Below, piece after piece: positions 35,837 through 45,737 of a DNA stretch of 64,000 nucleotides. How positions within the stretch are numbered: position 1 is the first letter of the stretch; each line of letters begins with the position of its first letter. The notes under the pieces are model-generated. The model did not search any database. It saw only the letters and a list, made by a program, of their open reading frames with translations, and had not been told where the DNA came from. This DNA is from Candidatus Poseidoniaceae archaeon (GTDB taxonomy: Archaea > Thermoplasmatota > Poseidoniia > Poseidoniales > Poseidoniaceae), in contig CASIAI010000003.1 in NCBI GenBank assembly GCA_949372655.1, positions 138,425 to 202,424 on the forward strand. The letters run 5' to 3'. The position numbers were made by a program, and so were the translations under genes.

Positions 35837-37258
35837 ATGGAGTTCGTAGAATGGACCTCATTGGGTTACTTGCTTTCAGCTGCATTGTTTATCTTTGGAT
35901 TAAAGCAACTAGGACATCCAAGAACTGCACCGAGAGGGAATCAACTTGGTGCACTAGGTATGTTAGTCGCTGTATTGACAACTGTTCTAGATATGCATCT
36001 AGAAGGTGGAGCTCAATGGACATTGGTCATTGCAGGATTGGTTATTGGGTCTCTTATAGGTTATTGGATGGCTGCTAAGGTAGAAATGACAGGAATGCCA
36101 GAATTAGTGGCACTGTTCAACGGTTTTGGTGGAGCTGCATCGGCATTAGTTGCTCTCTCTGAGGTTTGGAAATATCTTGAAGGTGCAGAAGTTCCGACTG
36201 GACTTAAGTTGACAGTTACAATGGTTGCTGCAGGACTTTCTGCTGTAGTGGGTTGGATGACTCTTACAGGTTCACTTTTGGCTATGTACAAACTGAAAGG
36301 TGGTATTAGTGTATTTGGGAAATGGATTAAGACTCCCACATGGGGTCCTAGTTGGCTTAATGGTGTCAAAATATTGCTCCTAATTGCAGCAGCGGTTTTG
36401 ATCTACTTGAGTATTGGCGACCCTACTAACAGACAATATGTCTACGCTTTAATTACGATATCTGGCTTATTAGGTATTATACTCGTTTTACCAATTGGTG
36501 GTGCAGATATGCCTGTAGTAGTTTCGTTACTAAATTCACTGTCAGGGATCGCAGCAGCATTTACCGGTTTCATAATCAATAACTCGGTTCTTATTGTTGC
36601 AGGCTCTCTGGTAGGTGCATCAGGATTGATTCTTACTTTCATAATGTGTAAAGCAATGAATCGTACCTTACTCGATGTATTGTTCAAATCCTTTGGTGGT
36701 GGAGGCGAGAAAGAATCTTTGACTAGAACTAAGGTAGGTTCTGACTCTGATGAAGTTGCTATGATGATGGATGGAGCACAAAAAGTGATTATTATACCGG
36801 GTTATGGAATGGCTGTATCACAATGTCAGCACCAAGTTAAAGAATTCGCGGACTTGATGAAAGAGAAATTCGGTACTGAAGTCAGTTATGCAATACACCC
36901 TGTAGCTGGAAGAATGCCAGGACACATGAATGTACTACTGGCAGAAGCAAATGTTCCTTATGAACAGTTGATAGAGATGGATGAGATTAATTCTGAATTC
37001 CCTGACTGTGATGTTGCTCTGGTTATTGGTGCAAATGATACCACTAATCCCGCAGCAAGATCTGGTGAAGGACCGTTAGCTGGAATGCCAATAATTGACG
37101 CTGATATGGCACGAACAGTAGTGATAGTCAAGCGTTCACTATCAGTTGGTTATGCTGGTGTTGATAATGATCTATTCTATATGGATAAGACCATGATGCT
37201 ATTTGGTGATGGAAAGAAAATGATTACTCAACTAAATAACTCTATTAAAGAGATTTAG
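35837..37258 (+). CDS. pntB: NAD(P) transhydrogenase subunit beta
   Basis: It has a polytopic N-terminal half and the C-terminal NADP(H) domain motifs PGYGMAVSQCQH, AIHPVAGRMPGHMNVLLAEA and VIGANDTTNP. Confidence 0.9.
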   Translation: MEFVEWTSLGYLLSAALFIFGLKQLGHPRTAPRGNQLGALGMLVAVLTTVLDMHLEGGAQWTLVIAGLVIGSLIGYWMAAKVEMTGMPELVALFNGFGGAASALVALSEVWKYLEGAEVPTGLKLTVTMVAAGLSAVVGWMTLTGSLLAMYKLKGGISVFGKWIKTPTWGPSWLNGVKILLLIAAAVLIYLSIGDPTNRQYVYALITISGLLGIILVLPIGGADMPVVVSLLNSLSGIAAAFTGFIINNSVLIVAGSLVGASGLILTFIMCKAMNRTLLDVLFKSFGGGGEKESLTRTKVGSDSDEVAMMMDGAQKVIIIPGYGMAVSQCQHQVKEFADLMKEKFGTEVSYAIHPVAGRMPGHMNVLLAEANVPYEQLIEMDEINSEFPDCDVALVIGANDTTNPAARSGEGPLAGMPIIDADMARTVVIVKRSLSVGYAGVDNDLFYMDKTMMLFGDGKKMITQLNNSIKEI

Positions 37259-37273
37259 ACTTTAAAATAAGTA

Positions 37274-38269
37274 ATGTTCAAAGGCATGCAGCAGTTGGAA
37301 TATAATGGTGAGGTTATGTTACGACGTTCTCCACAACTACTAATTCTGTTGTTTACAATATTGCTGATTGCTCCTGCTTTAGCAATGCCAGGCGGACCGC
37401 CGTGGAAAAATGGAGACGATTTAGTAGTTGAAACAGGTTGCTCTTGCCACGGTGGAGGTGCGCCTTCTACAGAAGTTGTAGTATCTATTTCAGGAGTTCC
37501 AAGGTCTTATGATACCGGTCAAACATATAATTTCACTATAAGCCTTCAACATGCATCAAATTCTGAAGGCGGATACATGCTTTGGGATTACAATGTGGGA
37601 ACATTGGCCCCTGGAGAAGGTAGTATAGCTGTCGCAGAAGAACCTGGCGCAGTCTCTCAAGGGTCGGTTGGAAATGACTGGGAAGTATTCTGGACAGCCC
37701 CTGATTCTGATATGGGTGAGGTAAGTTTCCAACTAGTTGGTAATGCAGTTAATGGAAATGGTCAATTCGATGATGGAGATTTATGGAATATACTGTCATT
37801 CTCAATAAGTTCTCCGAACTCTACATTCCAAGACGATGATGATTCTCTTGGGGTCAGGACTATCAGTGTTGGTGACTATGAATCACTATTCGTGGTAAAA
37901 GAAAATCCAGAGGCTGTTGAATCTGCTAGGCAGGAAGTAATAGCTGATGACTTCTTTAATAATGGGAATCTATTCTATTGGACTACTTTAGCGATAATAA
38001 TAGTCGGTGCTGTGATACAAGGTGAGTTCTATGAAAGAAAATTCGGTGGCGGGCCCCCTCATCTAGACATGAGGTTGGCAGTCCCCCAAGGACTACGTAG
38101 AGGAATATTAGCTGCTAGCTTAACCCTACTGTTTGGCTGGTCACTAGACTCAGGTCAATCGTGGGGAATCATTCTTTTGTGTCTGATGATAATGCTTTGG
38201 TCTATCTTTGGAGTATACAGGACTGTCGTTCAGGCTAAAGCACCCAAACAGTACACTGATTTCGTCTAA
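37274..38269 (+). CDS. exported beta-rich protein with a GCSCHGG motif and three C-terminal TM helices
   Basis: The probable signal is MLRRSPQLLILLFTILLIAPALA (alternative start 37316). It is followed by ETGCSCHGGGAPS and a beta-sandwich-like domain of about 150 aa. Three hydrophobic helices lie at the C-terminus. Confidence 0.5.
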   Translation: MFKGMQQLEYNGEVMLRRSPQLLILLFTILLIAPALAMPGGPPWKNGDDLVVETGCSCHGGGAPSTEVVVSISGVPRSYDTGQTYNFTISLQHASNSEGGYMLWDYNVGTLAPGEGSIAVAEEPGAVSQGSVGNDWEVFWTAPDSDMGEVSFQLVGNAVNGNGQFDDGDLWNILSFSISSPNSTFQDDDDSLGVRTISVGDYESLFVVKENPEAVESARQEVIADDFFNNGNLFYWTTLAIIIVGAVIQGEFYERKFGGGPPHLDMRLAVPQGLRRGILAASLTLLFGWSLDSGQSWGIILLCLMIMLWSIFGVYRTVVQAKAPKQYTDFV

Positions 38270-38286
38270 TAAATTGAGGATATATC

Positions 38287-39603
38287 ATGAGTTTGCAACT
38301 AGAGCAAGACGCTCAAGTTCCAATCCAAACGCATATTGATGAATTTTCGTCACGATTTGCAATAATGATTTTCATATGGGTTATTGCCTCAATAATTTGG
38401 ATAACTAATATTGACCCTATATTAGAATTAGTTTTACGTGCTTTAGAGCCCTGTGAGGAAACCTGTAGCAATCTTTACAATCCTGCTAAATGGAGTGAGA
38501 TAAGATGGTTAAGTGGTGCATTAATGGGATTTATATCCATCATCCCATTAATCATTTACCAAGTATTGATATTTTCAAGACCTGGGATGATGAAAAAGGA
38601 ATCTAGATGGTTATTGACAATGCTAATTTTAGGTTCACTGGGATTCATAATCAATATACTTTTGACTATTTTTGTTTTTATGCCTAGTTTGTTTCAAATT
38701 GGCCATGAAAGTCAAATGAATTTAGGGTTTGTAGCGAAATATGATGTTGTCGAAATGCTCTTTATGGCAATGGCAATAATATGGATAGAGATATTGATAG
38801 TTTCGGGAATTGTGGCATTGGTATCAGCAGGTATTACTGGATTAATGCATAAGGATAACTCGGGATGGTGGCGAATAAGAGTACATGGAATAGTTTCTAT
38901 GTTGATATTACTCTCATTTTATGGAGAATTTACATTATCCCTTTTACTAATTGCAATCAGTTTTTCTTTGATAGAATTGATATCTCTACCTTGGATTAGA
39001 GCAAAAGCGAGTATGTATATTTCTAGTCCAGTCATATTTGACCAATATGGAATTACCAGGAAGGTTCTCTTTGCTCAGTGTGAATGCGATAATGAATGGG
39101 AATTGAATGATGAACTGATTTCCAATGTAGCATTTACTTCTTTCAAGTCCCTCTGTAATCATAAATCTGATAAAGAAAAGTTATATCAAATCATCGAAAT
39201 AAATAAGTTCACTGACTTTGTAATATTTGGTTGTAATAATAAATCACTAACAAACCAAATTGAAAATAATCTATTTACATCAAAATGTTTACTTAGAACT
39301 GAAATCTCATCGCATAATCCTAAACAGTTTTTTGACTTGGAACATTACTGGATAAATACTCAATTCTTAATGGCGTCAATTGTAGATCCATGGAGTGAAG
39401 AACAAGCGTTAAGAAAAATTCTAGAATTAGCCAAAAAATATAGTGATATGGAAATTATTATCTCAACCTCAGAGAAAGAAAACTCCAAGCAATACCAAGT
39501 AAAACAAAAAGAAGCAATGGTAGAGGTTTCAAAATCGAGTAAAAATATCTTGATAACCGAACTTGAATCTTTAGGCTATAAATATAGAATTGTAGGGTCA
39601 TAG
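38287..39603 (+). CDS. tatC: divergent TatC-like membrane protein with an extra soluble C-terminal domain of about 190 aa
   Basis: It has six TM segments in a TatC-like arrangement. PIQTHIDEFSSRFAIMIF corresponds to E. coli PLITHLIELRKRLLNCII, and IIYQVLIFSRPGMMKKESR corresponds to ILYQVWAFIAPALYKHERR. Confidence 0.6.
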   Translation: MSLQLEQDAQVPIQTHIDEFSSRFAIMIFIWVIASIIWITNIDPILELVLRALEPCEETCSNLYNPAKWSEIRWLSGALMGFISIIPLIIYQVLIFSRPGMMKKESRWLLTMLILGSLGFIINILLTIFVFMPSLFQIGHESQMNLGFVAKYDVVEMLFMAMAIIWIEILIVSGIVALVSAGITGLMHKDNSGWWRIRVHGIVSMLILLSFYGEFTLSLLLIAISFSLIELISLPWIRAKASMYISSPVIFDQYGITRKVLFAQCECDNEWELNDELISNVAFTSFKSLCNHKSDKEKLYQIIEINKFTDFVIFGCNNKSLTNQIENNLFTSKCLLRTEISSHNPKQFFDLEHYWINTQFLMASIVDPWSEEQALRKILELAKKYSDMEIIISTSEKENSKQYQVKQKEAMVEVSKSSKNILITELESLGYKYRIVGS

Positions 39604-41751
39604 TTGGAAAGATTTCAAACATGTTCACTACTAGCGACATATATGCACCCCCGAGTCAACGCGGTAATCGCTGTTGTTTTGCTACTCATTGGAGTGCTAT
39701 CATTGGCTTTCGAGGAGAGAATTGATGAGTGGGTAAAGGATAACTCCATTGAAATAGAAAAAGAAGGGATTGATTTACTTAGTCTACAGGAAAAAGAAAA
39801 TTGGCCTGTATTAATTGTTGATTTTGATGCTGGAAATAGCAACTGGGGTAAAGTCGAGGCTGATAGTCTACTAATTCCAAGAGCATCCGATTATTTCAAT
39901 CAGTTAAGTTCATCAGCAACTGAACTGGAAATTGATGTCTACTCAACTAAAACTATTCCAGAATATTCAATGGAACACTATGGTTCAGATATTGGAATTC
40001 AAAGAGACTCTTCGAGTGATGGAACTCACTTACCAATGCTACTTGCAAAAGAAGTAGTGAACGACCAAATGGAAAAGGTAGATTGGAGTAAGTATGACCT
40101 TGATGATGATGGATGGGTAGATAGATTACTAATTTTGCATACTGAAATAGGTCAAGAAGAAGGTGGTAATTCGGATAGAATTTGGAGTCACTTTACTACT
40201 TTTGATGATGCAATAGATCTTCCCGATGGATTGAAAGTTGGACATTACACTATGGCTAGTTTAGGAACTGGTGAAAGTGGTTTTGGAACTATGATGCATG
40301 AGATGCTTCACCAATTGGGAGCATACGACCTATATCCATCACATGGTAGTATCAATCAACACCCATGGAAAGGAGTCGGTGATTGGGATATTATGGCTAA
40401 TGGGAATTGGAACGGAGGTGGCAAATGGCCAGCAATACCGACAGCTTCTACAGTATCAGAGATAGGTGGCAATACTTCTATTGATGTAGATATGGATTGG
40501 ATGTATAGTGGAAGTCAAGATTGTATTGGACCAAGATTTATTATGGATTCAATTAGTCGAGGTGGTAGTTCTTTGAAAATTCAATTATCCGACACTGAAT
40601 TTTTATGGGTTGAGTATAGAGAAGATTTTGGATTTGATTCATACTTACCGGGTTCAGGCATTCTAGTAACTCAACAAGACCTAAGTGCTGGAGATTTTGA
40701 AGATAATGAACTAAATGCTAATCCAAATAGACCTTACCTCATAGTAGTAGAGGCAGATGGTAATAACGCTCTAAGAACAGGAGTCAATGATGGTGAAGAG
40801 AGTGATCTATTCAGCAATGGAACAAGTTTTGGAAATTCTGGAACGCTAATTCGTAATCATGATGGTTTGCTAATTCAATGGACTGCTAATATAGAAATAA
40901 CGGAAAATGTTTATGTTAATTTTACTTCATCCAATTGCCTATCCAAGTTTACTATTGATGCACCGAACTATGGAGCTTCACTACTGCCTAATGAACCAAT
41001 AAGCATTACTGTATTATCCGAAATTAATTGTGATCTCGATATATCGTTATCGGGAAGTGATGGGAGAGTTTTGTATACAAATACAACTAATGTAGTTTCG
41101 AATCAAATGACTAATGTAGAATTATATTTTTCAAGTCAAGGTAATTCTAACTCTGAATCCTTAGTTTCTGGAATAATAGAATGTGGAGATTCGATACAAG
41201 ATATTGAAACTAAGATATTAACTCTGGCTAGAAGGCCTATACAAAGTACTGTCATTTCTGATATTGATTCCTATTCTACATCGAAAATATCTATTGCAAT
41301 AGAAAGTGAAGGCTCTGGGATGCAAAGGTTTTCAACCGAAGTTGATGGTCCATTATCCAGAATAGCAAGTGTGGAAAATAGAATAGATTTAGTTGGTGAC
41401 GACGAAATAGTACTAACAATAGATCCAAACGGACTTTTATCACCCAATATGCTTGTTAAAGGTGAAATTATAATTTATGACACGGTAGGGGAAAAATGGA
41501 TAATAGAAGTTGAATTAACGGCACAAAATGATGACTCTAACGGTTTTCAAAAATTAACAACTCCAGGAAGAGCAATCGGGATTGCTTCAATATTAGCATC
41601 ATTATGGGTAATACTTGGAATACGTGAGAAAGGGAAACCTCAACCAGAAGAAAATGTTAATCAAATACAAATAAATGGTCAAGTAAATACACAGTTATCA
41701 ATAAATGGTCAAGAAATGGACGCTTGGGGGCGACCTTTAGATGAATTCTAA
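39604..41751 (+). CDS. secreted/anchored zinc metalloprotease, M6 (immune inhibitor A)-like
   Basis: It has GTMMHEMLHQLGAYDLY (HExxH followed by D-x-Y), an N-terminal signal-anchor and a C-terminal TM helix (AIGIASILASLWVILGI). Confidence 0.7.
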   Translation: MERFQTCSLLATYMHPRVNAVIAVVLLLIGVLSLAFEERIDEWVKDNSIEIEKEGIDLLSLQEKENWPVLIVDFDAGNSNWGKVEADSLLIPRASDYFNQLSSSATELEIDVYSTKTIPEYSMEHYGSDIGIQRDSSSDGTHLPMLLAKEVVNDQMEKVDWSKYDLDDDGWVDRLLILHTEIGQEEGGNSDRIWSHFTTFDDAIDLPDGLKVGHYTMASLGTGESGFGTMMHEMLHQLGAYDLYPSHGSINQHPWKGVGDWDIMANGNWNGGGKWPAIPTASTVSEIGGNTSIDVDMDWMYSGSQDCIGPRFIMDSISRGGSSLKIQLSDTEFLWVEYREDFGFDSYLPGSGILVTQQDLSAGDFEDNELNANPNRPYLIVVEADGNNALRTGVNDGEESDLFSNGTSFGNSGTLIRNHDGLLIQWTANIEITENVYVNFTSSNCLSKFTIDAPNYGASLLPNEPISITVLSEINCDLDISLSGSDGRVLYTNTTNVVSNQMTNVELYFSSQGNSNSESLVSGIIECGDSIQDIETKILTLARRPIQSTVISDIDSYSTSKISIAIESEGSGMQRFSTEVDGPLSRIASVENRIDLVGDDEIVLTIDPNGLLSPNMLVKGEIIIYDTVGEKWIIEVELTAQNDDSNGFQKLTTPGRAIGIASILASLWVILGIREKGKPQPEENVNQIQINGQVNTQLSINGQEMDAWGRPLDEF

Positions 41752-42851
41752 TCTTTTCCTGGCGACCAACGTTCAACTTGCATGAACTTCCAGGAAGAAT
41801 CCTTTTCAAGTGCACAAACCCATTTTTTATGAACACCTTCAGCCAGACGTATAGATAAGCAAGCGTTTTCCCAAGTTTTAGCAACCTCGTCTTCAGTTTG
41901 AATAAGCCAAGGGGCATGAGATTTCGATACTTCATCATCATATACTCTCCACTTAGAGCCAAATTTAAAACCGGGCCTTAGGATTAAACCACGGGTAATC
42001 AGATTATCATATAGTTGAGAGTGTCTAGGAATCTCCTCGCCTTTAATCATATTCTCTAACCATGCCCCTTCCTCGTTTCTTAGGTTTATTCCAGATAAAT
42101 GCTCGACTCCGATAGAATTTAGAGGCCATTTTTGTTTCGAAGGCAAATAGTAACCAGAGTTAGTACTGATCTTTGAATTCCACATTCGAGTAATATTATC
42201 TAATTCCTCTACTGAAAGTTGGTCCCAAACTTTCTGAGAGCCACTTGGTTCAATAAAACTTACACGGTACATTGTAACTTCCATCTCTTCGTCAATGATA
42301 AAAATATCACACTTACAATTTAATTTTTCCACTTCATCAGCCCAACGAAAGATTTCGCTCCAATCTAAATTTTCGAATGTCCAAAACCATCTTACATGTG
42401 AAATAGGTTCAGATTTAAATTGCGATTGATTCCTCTTCCACTTCAATGCAAATGCACCTCTCGAGGACTGATATTCTATTACATTATCACAAGGTATTAC
42501 CAGTTCTCCACCGGACCTAGCAGTATCAAAAACTACTGCTTTAGCTAAAAGGTCAGAATCCTTTTCGACTTCTAATTCAAACCAATCTTCACTTGGAAGA
42601 GGTAAATGTCGATGCCAATTACAAAACAGAACTTCCATCGAAGAAAGGACTATTCCCTCTTCACCAGTGACAACACCTAAACCACTCTTTTGGTATAATC
42701 TAGCAGAAAGTGGCGGAGTTATTAGCCATCCTGATTCATATTCAATAGGTGTATCATGAGGAACCTTTGGCGCCGCATTTGCTGCAATACTAACACCTAG
42801 AGGACGTTTTGTTCTTTGGCGCGGGGTAAACTTTCGTGAATGGCGCGCCAT
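41748..42851 (-). CDS. endA: tRNA-splicing endonuclease, long two-unit form
   Basis: The C-terminal catalytic unit has GLILRPGFKFGSKWRVYDDEVSKSHAPWLIQ followed by GVHKKW (Tyr/His/Lys triad). At 367 aa it implies an additional N-terminal repeat unit. Confidence 0.8.
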   Translation of the reverse strand: MARHSRKFTPRQRTKRPLGVSIAANAAPKVPHDTPIEYESGWLITPPLSARLYQKSGLGVVTGEEGIVLSSMEVLFCNWHRHLPLPSEDWFELEVEKDSDLLAKAVVFDTARSGGELVIPCDNVIEYQSSRGAFALKWKRNQSQFKSEPISHVRWFWTFENLDWSEIFRWADEVEKLNCKCDIFIIDEEMEVTMYRVSFIEPSGSQKVWDQLSVEELDNITRMWNSKISTNSGYYLPSKQKWPLNSIGVEHLSGINLRNEEGAWLENMIKGEEIPRHSQLYDNLITRGLILRPGFKFGSKWRVYDDEVSKSHAPWLIQTEDEVAKTWENACLSIRLAEGVHKKWVCALEKDSSWKFMQVERWSPGKD

Positions 42852-42888
42852 GGTTGTGCGTAATTAATGATGCATTTGAGTTGAACGG

Positions 42889-43896
42889 ATGATATTACTA
42901 TGTGCTAGTTATGACTCCATGGATATAGGTCTTACAATGGTTGATGGATTCCTTGGCACTTTAACCACTGAGCAAAGGACATTATTGCATCTATCAGATA
43001 ACAGATTACCATCAAACCAGTGGGAGGCACCAGTGTCATTGACACAAGCAGGAATTTCAGCGGCTGTTCATGTTCAAAGAAAACATGTACCTCGAACATT
43101 AAAAAGACTAGAATCTAACGGGCATGTTTCCGTCACTAACAGACATATACCTGGTGCTAAGCAGCGTAGGAAGGTGTATAGTTTAACAAATGAAGGTAAA
43201 GAAATCACTAATGAATTACGTAATCAAATACTAAATTTAGAAGTAATCAAAGATGGAGAGTGTCTTAAACTGAGTGTCATTATTAAGAGTGGAGATCATA
43301 TTCTAGAATTATTATCACATATTGATGAACAAATGATTTATCACAATTCAGCAGTAATTTCACCGGTTTCTAATCCCGAGGGAGAAGCCTCTTTGGATGC
43401 ACAAGCAGGAGAACAGTTAGTTAAACGAATGTTTGCAAGGGCTTGGGAAGATGGAAAAATTACTAAAGATGAACAACAATTAATTTCCGAAGTAGTACAA
43501 TTCTTGGGTATGCATCCAGAACGTGTAATGCGTCTTTCCGAGCAGGCTCGTAAAGAACAAAATATTCCACCACCCGAAGAAATATATCTAGATATGTTAA
43601 GACAAGCGCTCATCGATGATTCGATTATCGAAGAAGAACTAATACTATTAGATACATTTAGAATAGCATTTGGAATTGATGTGGAAACTCATGAAAGATT
43701 ATTCAGAGAAGCCAAAAAAGAGCCGGTTTATCCACCCAATGTGCAAGCATATCATGATGCTTTAATCACTGCAATGGATGATGGGGTAATCACAGGAGAT
43801 GAAGGAGCAATGCTTGCTACATTGAGAAATTCGTTGAATGTTAGTGAAGGGGAGCATGCAAGTTTACTGGCTAAAATTCGCGACAGTCTAAAGTGA
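42889..43896 (+). CDS. winged-helix DNA-binding protein with three TerB-like helical repeats
   Basis: The wHTH is VPRTLKRLESNGHVSVTNRHIPGAKQRRKVYSLTNEGKE. The repeats begin EDGKITKDEQQLISEVVQFLGM, DDSIIEEELILLDTFRIAFGI and DDGVITGDEGAMLATLRNSLNV. The start may be at an internal Met (42919 or 42937). Confidence 0.55.
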   Translation: MILLCASYDSMDIGLTMVDGFLGTLTTEQRTLLHLSDNRLPSNQWEAPVSLTQAGISAAVHVQRKHVPRTLKRLESNGHVSVTNRHIPGAKQRRKVYSLTNEGKEITNELRNQILNLEVIKDGECLKLSVIIKSGDHILELLSHIDEQMIYHNSAVISPVSNPEGEASLDAQAGEQLVKRMFARAWEDGKITKDEQQLISEVVQFLGMHPERVMRLSEQARKEQNIPPPEEIYLDMLRQALIDDSIIEEELILLDTFRIAFGIDVETHERLFREAKKEPVYPPNVQAYHDALITAMDDGVITGDEGAMLATLRNSLNVSEGEHASLLAKIRDSLK

Positions 43897-43928
43897 AGAA
43901 TCGTGCAGCGTATACATGAGGGAATGAT

Positions 43929-44990
43929 ATGGGTATGACGGATGAAGAATTAATACTTCACGATAACTTGAATTCCTTGAAGTCTAATTTGAAAAAGGTC
44001 GAATCGGGAAAAATCGTCCTGATAGGCGACATAATGCTTGACTGTTATATTCATGGCTTTGCTAATAATCTCAACTCTAGAGCACCTGTCCCTGTGATTA
44101 GGGAAACAAGAAGAGAAGAAGATGTAGGTGCTGCTGCACACGTAGCTAGAGGACTGAAATCTATGGGCTTTGAAAGTCAAATCTTTGGCGTGATAGGTGA
44201 TGATAGAGCTGGAATGAGTATTCTAGAGTTCCTCGAACAAGAGGGCGTATCAACAGATGGAATCAGTATTGTTGAAGGTCGTAAAACAACTGTTAAGACT
44301 CGCTTATTAGCCACTAGAGAAAGTCTAGTTCAAGGTGAGCAACTACTTCTTCGATGGGATGTGGAAGATGATGAAAATATACCTGAAGGCGCAGTAAAGG
44401 CAATATATCAACAGGCGATAGAACAGTTGAAAGATTCATTTTCAGTAATCCTTTCTGATTATGGCCAAGGAGTCGTTAATGATGAAGGTGTGGATAGTAT
44501 AATTAAATCGGCCAAGATAATGAATATTCCAATTATAGCAGATCCAAAATTGACTGGTTTACATCGAACACATGGTGTTGATTGGACTGTATTTCAATCG
44601 AGAGGTTTCGAACTTATGAGAAGAAGAATTGGTGAAACATCTGATGATTCAGCTGCGAAAAACCTTATCCAAACTTATGACTGGAAGCATCTAGTGGTGT
44701 TGTCTGGAGAAAATGGCGTAACTATCTATTCAGCAGAAGAAGAAACTGTTCATGCCCCTTGTACTTTAGGAGAATTACGACAAATGATCGGTCTAATAGA
44801 CGCTGCAGTTGTTGCAATTGCTATTTCTATATCAAATAATTTAGATGTTAAAAACACAGCAATTTTAACGAATGCTGCATGCGAATGTATACTCGGTGCT
44901 GAACAAACTGATTCGTTCGTACTCAGTCGTAATGACCTAATTAATAGAATCGGAGAAATCGCTTGGAATCTACAAGTTTCCAAACGTTAG
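43929..44990 (+). CDS. PfkB-family sugar kinase, HldE/RfaE domain-I-like
   Basis: It has KIVLIGDIMLDCYIHG...NSRAPVPVI and the C-terminal IDAAVVA...TNAACECILG. Confidence 0.7.
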   Translation: MGMTDEELILHDNLNSLKSNLKKVESGKIVLIGDIMLDCYIHGFANNLNSRAPVPVIRETRREEDVGAAAHVARGLKSMGFESQIFGVIGDDRAGMSILEFLEQEGVSTDGISIVEGRKTTVKTRLLATRESLVQGEQLLLRWDVEDDENIPEGAVKAIYQQAIEQLKDSFSVILSDYGQGVVNDEGVDSIIKSAKIMNIPIIADPKLTGLHRTHGVDWTVFQSRGFELMRRRIGETSDDSAAKNLIQTYDWKHLVVLSGENGVTIYSAEEETVHAPCTLGELRQMIGLIDAAVVAIAISISNNLDVKNTAILTNAACECILGAEQTDSFVLSRNDLINRIGEIAWNLQVSKR

Positions 44991-44998
44991 GTGATGGT

Positions 44999-45496
44999 AT
45001 GAGCGCATGGACGCGTCCTACTACTGCAGACATTGGTTTGCGAGTATTCTCATCCAGTATGAATAACTTATTTTGTGAAACAACAACTGGAATGCAGGAT
45101 ATCTTAATGACAAAAGAATCTAGCGTAAATCTAAATTCGATAATTAGGCGAAGTTCGCAGTGGAATGTCACATTAGAAAAGAATGGTGGGGCAGATTATG
45201 AAATTTTACTGATTAAATGGTTGGAAGAAGTACTTTACAGAAATGAAGTGCATGATGAATTTTTATGCGAGGTTCATATGATGATTTCGGATGAAGAAAC
45301 TATCCTCACCTGTAATGCTCAAGTTGATTGGGTTGACAGTAAATTAGTGGAAAAGGGTGTTGAAATAAAAGCTGTGACCTCACATGAACTAATAATAGAA
45401 AAATTAGAGATTAACCAAGAATTAAACAGTAAGTGGGAAGAAATACCATCATTTGTTGGACCAGGTTGGTATTGCGATATTGTATTTGACATCTAA
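44999..45496 (+). CDS. archease (RtcB tRNA-ligase activator)
   Basis: It has TADIGLRVFSSSMNNLFCETTTGMQDIL and GVEIKAVTSHELIIE. I prefer the start at ATG 44999. Confidence 0.8.
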   Translation: MSAWTRPTTADIGLRVFSSSMNNLFCETTTGMQDILMTKESSVNLNSIIRRSSQWNVTLEKNGGADYEILLIKWLEEVLYRNEVHDEFLCEVHMMISDEETILTCNAQVDWVDSKLVEKGVEIKAVTSHELIIEKLEINQELNSKWEEIPSFVGPGWYCDIVFDI

Positions 45497-45732
45497 ATTT
45501 GATTACTATTATATCGTAATCTTAAACCAATCCAAAATCCAATAGTATTGACAATCAAATCTGATATTTTATTGATATTGGATTCAATTGCAAAATCATA
45601 TGGTAAATATAATTCTAATATTTCCCATCCAAAAGATATAGTAAAGAAAATTATCCAATTTGTTGTAATAAACCTTCCAATGAAAGACCACATTAGGAAG
45701 TGACCCAATGAATACAAATTGAGAACAGACAA
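45493..45732 (-). CDS. small membrane protein (3 TM), function unknown
   Basis: This is a hydrophobic 79-aa ORF whose stop overlaps the archease stop region. I recognise no confident family. Confidence 0.4.
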   Translation of the reverse strand: MSVLNLYSLGHFLMWSFIGRFITTNWIIFFTISFGWEILELYLPYDFAIESNINKISDLIVNTIGFWIGLRLRYNSNQI

Positions 45733-45737
45733 ATTAT

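Noticed and set aside
34492-36687. Antisense or alternate-frame ORFs lie within pntAA, pntAB and pntB (34492-34896, 34886-35176, 35059-35295, 35358-35621, 35694-35885, 35851-36078, 36061-36369, 36442-36687).
   Set aside because: All overlap strongly supported transhydrogenase coding sequence, and none has motifs of its own.
37430-37460. I considered the GCSCHGG motif as a c-type heme attachment site, given the CcmE in the window.
   Set aside because: The motif is CxCH, not CxxCH or a known variant spacing. I have no basis to call it heme-binding, so I only note it descriptively.
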